The notes under the pieces were generated by a model, which was given only the letters and a program-made list of their open reading frames with translations, did not search any database and was not told where the DNA came from. This document shows, piece by piece, positions 60,419 to 64,000 of a stretch of 64,000 bases of DNA. Position numbers and translations under genes: made by a program. The stretch lies in assembly GCA_944383335.1 (NCBI GenBank), contig CALWPD010000002.1, positions 11,761 to 75,760 on the forward strand, read 5' to 3'. Origin of the DNA: an uncultured Clostridia bacterium (lineage in GTDB: Bacteria; Bacillota; Clostridia; Christensenellales; UBA1242). Every line of letters starts with the position of its first letter. Within the stretch, counting starts at the first letter, position 1.

Positions 60419-60613
60419 ATGGGTGTTGAAGTCATATTCAAAATTGCTGCCGTTGGAATTCTTACAACGGTGGTAGGTCAAATACTTAAACAAAGTGGCA
60501 AAGAAGAAATTGCAACTTTTTCAACACTGGCTGGGCTCATAATTGTACTATTAATGGTTTTGGATCTTATAAGCGAACTTTTTGACACGGTGAGAAATTT
60601 ATTTGGCCTATAA
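60419..60613 (+). CDS. spoIIIAC: stage III sporulation protein AC
   Basis: 64-aa two-TM protein. IFKIAAVGILTTVVGQILKQSGKEE is the typical SpoIIIAC sequence. Confidence 0.9.
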   Translation: MGVEVIFKIAAVGILTTVVGQILKQSGKEEIATFSTLAGLIIVLLMVLDLISELFDTVRNLFGL

Positions 60614-60623
60614 AGGAGGTGAA

Positions 60624-61010
60624 ATGGATATTATAAAGATCGTTGGAATTGGTCTTATTACTGTTATTGCCTCGATGCTTGTCAAGCCTATTAAACCTGA
60701 AGTTAGTATAATTATTGGACTTTGCGGTGGTATTTTAATCCTGATTCAAACTGTAAATTATGTTGTCGATATAATAAATGCATTCTCGAACATAGTTGAA
60801 AACACTGGGCTTGATACGGGTTTGTTAAAAACATTACTAAAAATCATAGGAGTTGGCTATTTAACAGAATTTTCCGCAAACATATGCCAAGATGCTGGCT
60901 CTAGTAGTGTTGCAGATAAAATACTTTTTGCAGGAAAAATCATCATTCTTGTAATGGCTCTACCTATAGTTACAAGTATTATAGAAATTATAGTGGAGAT
61001 ATTACCATGA
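60624..61010 (+). CDS. spoIIIAD: stage III sporulation protein AD
   Basis: MDIIKIVGIGLI... multi-TM, with GVGYLTEFSANICQDAGSSS. ATG follows AAAGGAGGTG. Confidence 0.9.
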   Translation: MDIIKIVGIGLITVIASMLVKPIKPEVSIIIGLCGGILILIQTVNYVVDIINAFSNIVENTGLDTGLLKTLLKIIGVGYLTEFSANICQDAGSSSVADKILFAGKIIILVMALPIVTSIIEIIVEILP

Positions 61011-62212
61011 AAAAATATCTTTCACTTATATTAGTAATTCTACTCGTTTGCGTACCTTTTATTTTTGCAGGATATTCAAGAGAAACTGCATATTGTGATG
61101 ACAAGTTAACCTCTTCCGAAATTGAGGATATAATTGAAGACAGTGTAGATTCTCAACTAGGAGATTTGGACTTCAGTGAGCTTGAAAGCGCTTTAAACTC
61201 GCTGGATGAAGAAGGTAAAAAGATATTTGGAAACAATTCGTTTTTGGATAAAATTAAACAAATTATAAATGGAGAATTTGCAGAAAACGGCAATTCAATT
61301 TGGACAAGTTTAATAAATTTATTTTTTGAAGATGTTTTGTCATTCTTGCCGATACTATCACTGGTTATTGCGATTGCTGTTACCTTTAGTTTAGTAAATG
61401 CCTCACGCCCTAATTCAAAAAACAAATCAATAGGTGATGTAATTCATTTTGTTTGTTTTGGAGCGATTATAGTAGTACTTGTTGGATATAGTGTAAATAT
61501 GTTAACTTTAACATCTGATACTTTACAAAACATTAAAGCACAAATGGATGTGGCATTTCCTATACTTTTGACAATTTTAACCGCAATAGGTGGGGTAACT
61601 TCTGTAAGTGTATATCAACCTGCTGTGGCTGTTCTTAGCGGAACTATTATAAATATTTTTACAAACATATTAATGCCTATCTTCATATTTAAACTTGTAT
61701 TTTCAATAGTTGGCAATCTTTCTAACAATGTAAAATTAGACAAATTTTCATCATTTTTCTCAAGTCTATTCAAATGGATTGTTGGTGGTGTTTTTACAAT
61801 ATTTTCGGCATTTTTGGCGATTCAAGGAATAACGGCAGGAAGTGTAGATGGTATTTCTTTCAGAACTGCTAAATATGCTATCAAAAATTCAATACCACTT
61901 GTTGGGACTTATTTGTCTGATGGGCTAAATTTGATTGTTGCAAGTAGTGTTCTAATTAAAAATGCGGTTGGTGCTGGTGGTCTTGTGCTAATGTTCGCAA
62001 CTATAATAGTACCAGTTTTAAACCTTGTTGTATTTATGCTTTCTTTAAAATTAGTTTCTGCCATTTTAGAGCCAGTAACAGATTCAAGAATATCAAATTT
62101 TATTTCTATGCTAGCAAAAAGTATTTCGCTTTTGATTGTTTTGATTTTGGGATGTGCATTTATGTATGTACTTATGACTGGCATGATTATGTGTAGTGCA
62201 AACTTTTTCTAA
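61007..62212 (+). CDS. spoIIIAE: stage III sporulation protein AE
   Basis: Signal peptide plus a large polytopic membrane domain. 401 aa. Operon position. Confidence 0.88.
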   Translation: MKKYLSLILVILLVCVPFIFAGYSRETAYCDDKLTSSEIEDIIEDSVDSQLGDLDFSELESALNSLDEEGKKIFGNNSFLDKIKQIINGEFAENGNSIWTSLINLFFEDVLSFLPILSLVIAIAVTFSLVNASRPNSKNKSIGDVIHFVCFGAIIVVLVGYSVNMLTLTSDTLQNIKAQMDVAFPILLTILTAIGGVTSVSVYQPAVAVLSGTIINIFTNILMPIFIFKLVFSIVGNLSNNVKLDKFSSFFSSLFKWIVGGVFTIFSAFLAIQGITAGSVDGISFRTAKYAIKNSIPLVGTYLSDGLNLIVASSVLIKNAVGAGGLVLMFATIIVPVLNLVVFMLSLKLVSAILEPVTDSRISNFISMLAKSISLLIVLILGCAFMYVLMTGMIMCSANFF

Positions 62213-62230
62213 AAGGAGTGATAAAAATAT

Positions 62231-62719
62231 ATGGATATTTCTGCTTGGATATTGTCTATAGCTGGTATCAGCGTTCTTTCAATATTAATTGACCTGTTTT
62301 TGCCTAGTGGTACTACAAACGGACACATAAAAATAATATTTAATTATGTGATTGTATTTGTAATAATTGCACCATTGCCCACTTTAATAAAATCTGATTT
62401 TGACTCATCATCCATATTTACAGAAACTGACATAGTTCTTCAAGAAGATTATATATATCAATTAAATAGAGATAAACTTACTATGTTAGAAATTGGAATT
62501 GAAAGTGCACTTGAGTCAGAAGGACTTAAAAATGTAGTTGTATCTATTTCGGCAGATATTTTTACCACAGTTATGCAAATAGAAACGATTTATGTCGATT
62601 TTAGTAATTTAGTTATAGTGGGAGAAAGCGAGCATATAGATATAGAGAACAAGGCAGTTGATGTTATTACTTCATTTGTTGAAATAGAAAAGGAGAATAT
62701 TGTTTTTAGTGGAAATTAA
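62231..62719 (+). CDS. spoIIIAF: stage III sporulation protein AF
   Basis: N-terminal double TM (WILSIAGISVLSILIDLFLPSG) plus a soluble ring-building-motif-like domain. Operon position. Confidence 0.8.
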   Translation: MDISAWILSIAGISVLSILIDLFLPSGTTNGHIKIIFNYVIVFVIIAPLPTLIKSDFDSSSIFTETDIVLQEDYIYQLNRDKLTMLEIGIESALESEGLKNVVVSISADIFTTVMQIETIYVDFSNLVIVGESEHIDIENKAVDVITSFVEIEKENIVFSGN

Positions 62720-63254
62720 GCAAAAAAAAATTTCATTTTGGGATAAACTCAAAACTATCAAACATTTTGAGATTATCGTGGTTGTGGCCTTTTGTGCGAT
62801 ATTGCTACTTATTTACAGTTCGACTTTTTCCTCTACAAAAAGTGAAGAAAATACATTAACGGCACTTACAACAGAGGAATATGCAAAATACCTTGAGAAT
62901 AAATTATCAAATGTACTCTCGCAAATAAATGGAGCAGGGAACGTCAGTGTTGTGGTAACACTGGTTTCTGGCGTGGAGTATGTGTATGCAACAAATACAA
63001 TAGAAGAAACCACTTCTCAAACTGTTGGCGGAACAACAACTACACAAACAACTACCAAAGAAGAACTAATTTTAATTTCACAATCTGGAAAAGATTCTCC
63101 AATAATAATAAGAGAAAATTTACCAAAAGTTGGTGGAGTTTTGGTTGTGAGCAGTGGAGCAAGTAACATAAGTGTAATGCTTGAACTGCAAAAAGCGGTA
63201 ATGGCCTTACTGGACGTTGATGCAGAAGACATAGAAATTTTAATAGGGAAATAA
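62700..63254 (+). CDS. spoIIIAG: stage III sporulation protein AG
   Basis: TM anchor, VSVVVTL...GVEYVYATN and PKVGGVLVVSSGASN, typical of SpoIIIAG. The start is uncertain (TTG 62700 or GTG 62709). Confidence 0.85.
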   Translation: MFLVEIKQKKISFWDKLKTIKHFEIIVVVAFCAILLLIYSSTFSSTKSEENTLTALTTEEYAKYLENKLSNVLSQINGAGNVSVVVTLVSGVEYVYATNTIEETTSQTVGGTTTTQTTTKEELILISQSGKDSPIIIRENLPKVGGVLVVSSGASNISVMLELQKAVMALLDVDAEDIEILIGK

Positions 63255-63267
63255 AAAGGAGATTATC

Positions 63268-63741
63268 ATGTTAAAAAAAAGAACAAAGATTATCATTTTA
63301 GTTGCTATGGTTTTATTGCTTGGAGTTACTGGGTACCTTAACATTGCGCTTAATAACAACATAACGACTCCAACGACTGGATCTGTTACACAAATGAACT
63401 ATTTTGACACATATAGACAAGATAGGCAGACAACACGAGATCAGGAACTTTTGTATTATGACGCCATTATTAATTCCGAAGACACAACAGAGGAAGCAAA
63501 GGCAAATGCAGAAGCAAAAAAACTGGAAATTGTTGATCAAATGGAGTCGGAATTAGTTATGGAAGGTCTCATAAAGGCAAAAGGCTTTGAAGATGCAATA
63601 GTAACAAACTCTGCCAACAACATTAATGTTATTGTAAAATGTGCAAGTCTTGAAAGTTCGCAGGTTGCCCAAATTGTTGCAATAGTTCAAGAACAAACAC
63701 AAAAATCGATTGATAATATTAAAATTATTCCCGTAGAATAA
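63268..63741 (+). CDS. spoIIIAH: stage III sporulation protein AH
   Basis: TM anchor, FDTYRQDRQTTRDQEL region, and C-terminal YscJ/FliF-like domain. Last gene of the operon. Confidence 0.85.
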   Translation: MLKKRTKIIILVAMVLLLGVTGYLNIALNNNITTPTTGSVTQMNYFDTYRQDRQTTRDQELLYYDAIINSEDTTEEAKANAEAKKLEIVDQMESELVMEGLIKAKGFEDAIVTNSANNINVIVKCASLESSQVAQIVAIVQEQTQKSIDNIKIIPVE

Positions 63742-63818
63742 TTGCAAAACTTTTTTAGGTATGTTATATTATTAAAAAATGGTGTAAACCTAAATGATAT
63801 AATAAAGTGAGGATTCTT

Positions 63819-64000
63819 GTGCCATACAGTCAACTTCAAGAAGATAAAGGTAAAATAACTTGCGATAGAAATATTTTGTTGTCCATCATCTCATTGGCAA
63901 CCAAGGAGATAAGTGGAGTGTCCAGTTTGCAAGATAGTTTTTCTATGAAACTCAAAAAAATGTTTTCAAAATCAGATTCAACTGGTGTCAAACTAAAAAT
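63819..64000 (+). CDS. Asp23/Gls24-family protein, N-terminal fragment (runs off the window)
   Basis: GTG 63819 follows GTGAGGA. Translation: VPYSQLQEDKGKITCDRNILLSIISLATKEISGVSSL..., the Asp23 N-terminal pattern. An Asp23-family gene commonly follows spoIIIAH in Firmicutes. Confidence 0.6.
   Translation, partial: MPYSQLQEDKGKITCDRNILLSIISLATKEISGVSSLQDSFSMKLKKMFSKSDSTGVKLK

Overview
This is an AT-rich, gene-dense chromosomal segment from an endospore-forming Firmicute, probably Clostridia-like (about one-third G+C by eye, not computed). All family calls come from motif recognition by eye; no searches were run. Standard genetic code: TGA, TAA and TAG all terminate conserved genes. Almost everything is core housekeeping, and from about 17.5 kb onward nearly all genes are on the + strand.

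Gene order:
- ftsA-ftsZ, PAP2 phosphatase, lytic transglycosylase, dinB (-), mtaD-like deaminase, tex, two small membrane proteins, cysS, ychF
- A ferritin-like protein convergent with a flavin-reductase/rubredoxin fusion (-)
- A 1097-aa surface protein (-)
- Split TSUP/TauE transporter, a ferredoxin missing from the ORF track, a degenerate Ppx/GppA-like protein, HtrA-like protease, MreB-like protein, minD-minE-spoIVFB
- An uncharacterised three-gene cassette (24.3-27.4 kb)
- pcrA-ligA, rpoZ, priA-def-fmt(frameshifted)-rlmN-rsgA-rpe, rpmB (-), asp23/yloV
- rpsB-tsf, a DUF6273-like surface gene broken by one in-frame TAA, frr-uppS-cdsA-rseP
- A 522-aa PolC-N-terminus/OB/exonuclease protein at the position where polC normally sits
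- rimP-nusA-ylxR-ylxQ-infB-rbfA-nrnA-truB, an endonuclease-IV-like protein, an MBL hydrolase, efp, the complete spoIIIAA-AH operon, and the start of an Asp23-family gene

I found no rRNA, tRNA, CRISPR array, transposase or integrase.

Best candidates for something undescribed:
- The terminator-bounded cassette between spoIVFB and pcrA: a 3-TM protein, a 119-aa protein, and a helical-repeat protein with a DUF4132-like C-terminus.
- The polymerase-less PolC-like protein.
- The four-module surface protein with an intracellular coiled-coil tail.

Other observations:
- Several genes whose -10 box sits 6-7 nt from the ATG with no Shine-Dalgarno sequence (apparent leaderless mRNAs).
- Two ASKHA-fold proteins with eroded nucleotide-binding loops.
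- Two interrupted genes.
- Several deletions relative to the conserved Bacillus/Clostridium gene order.
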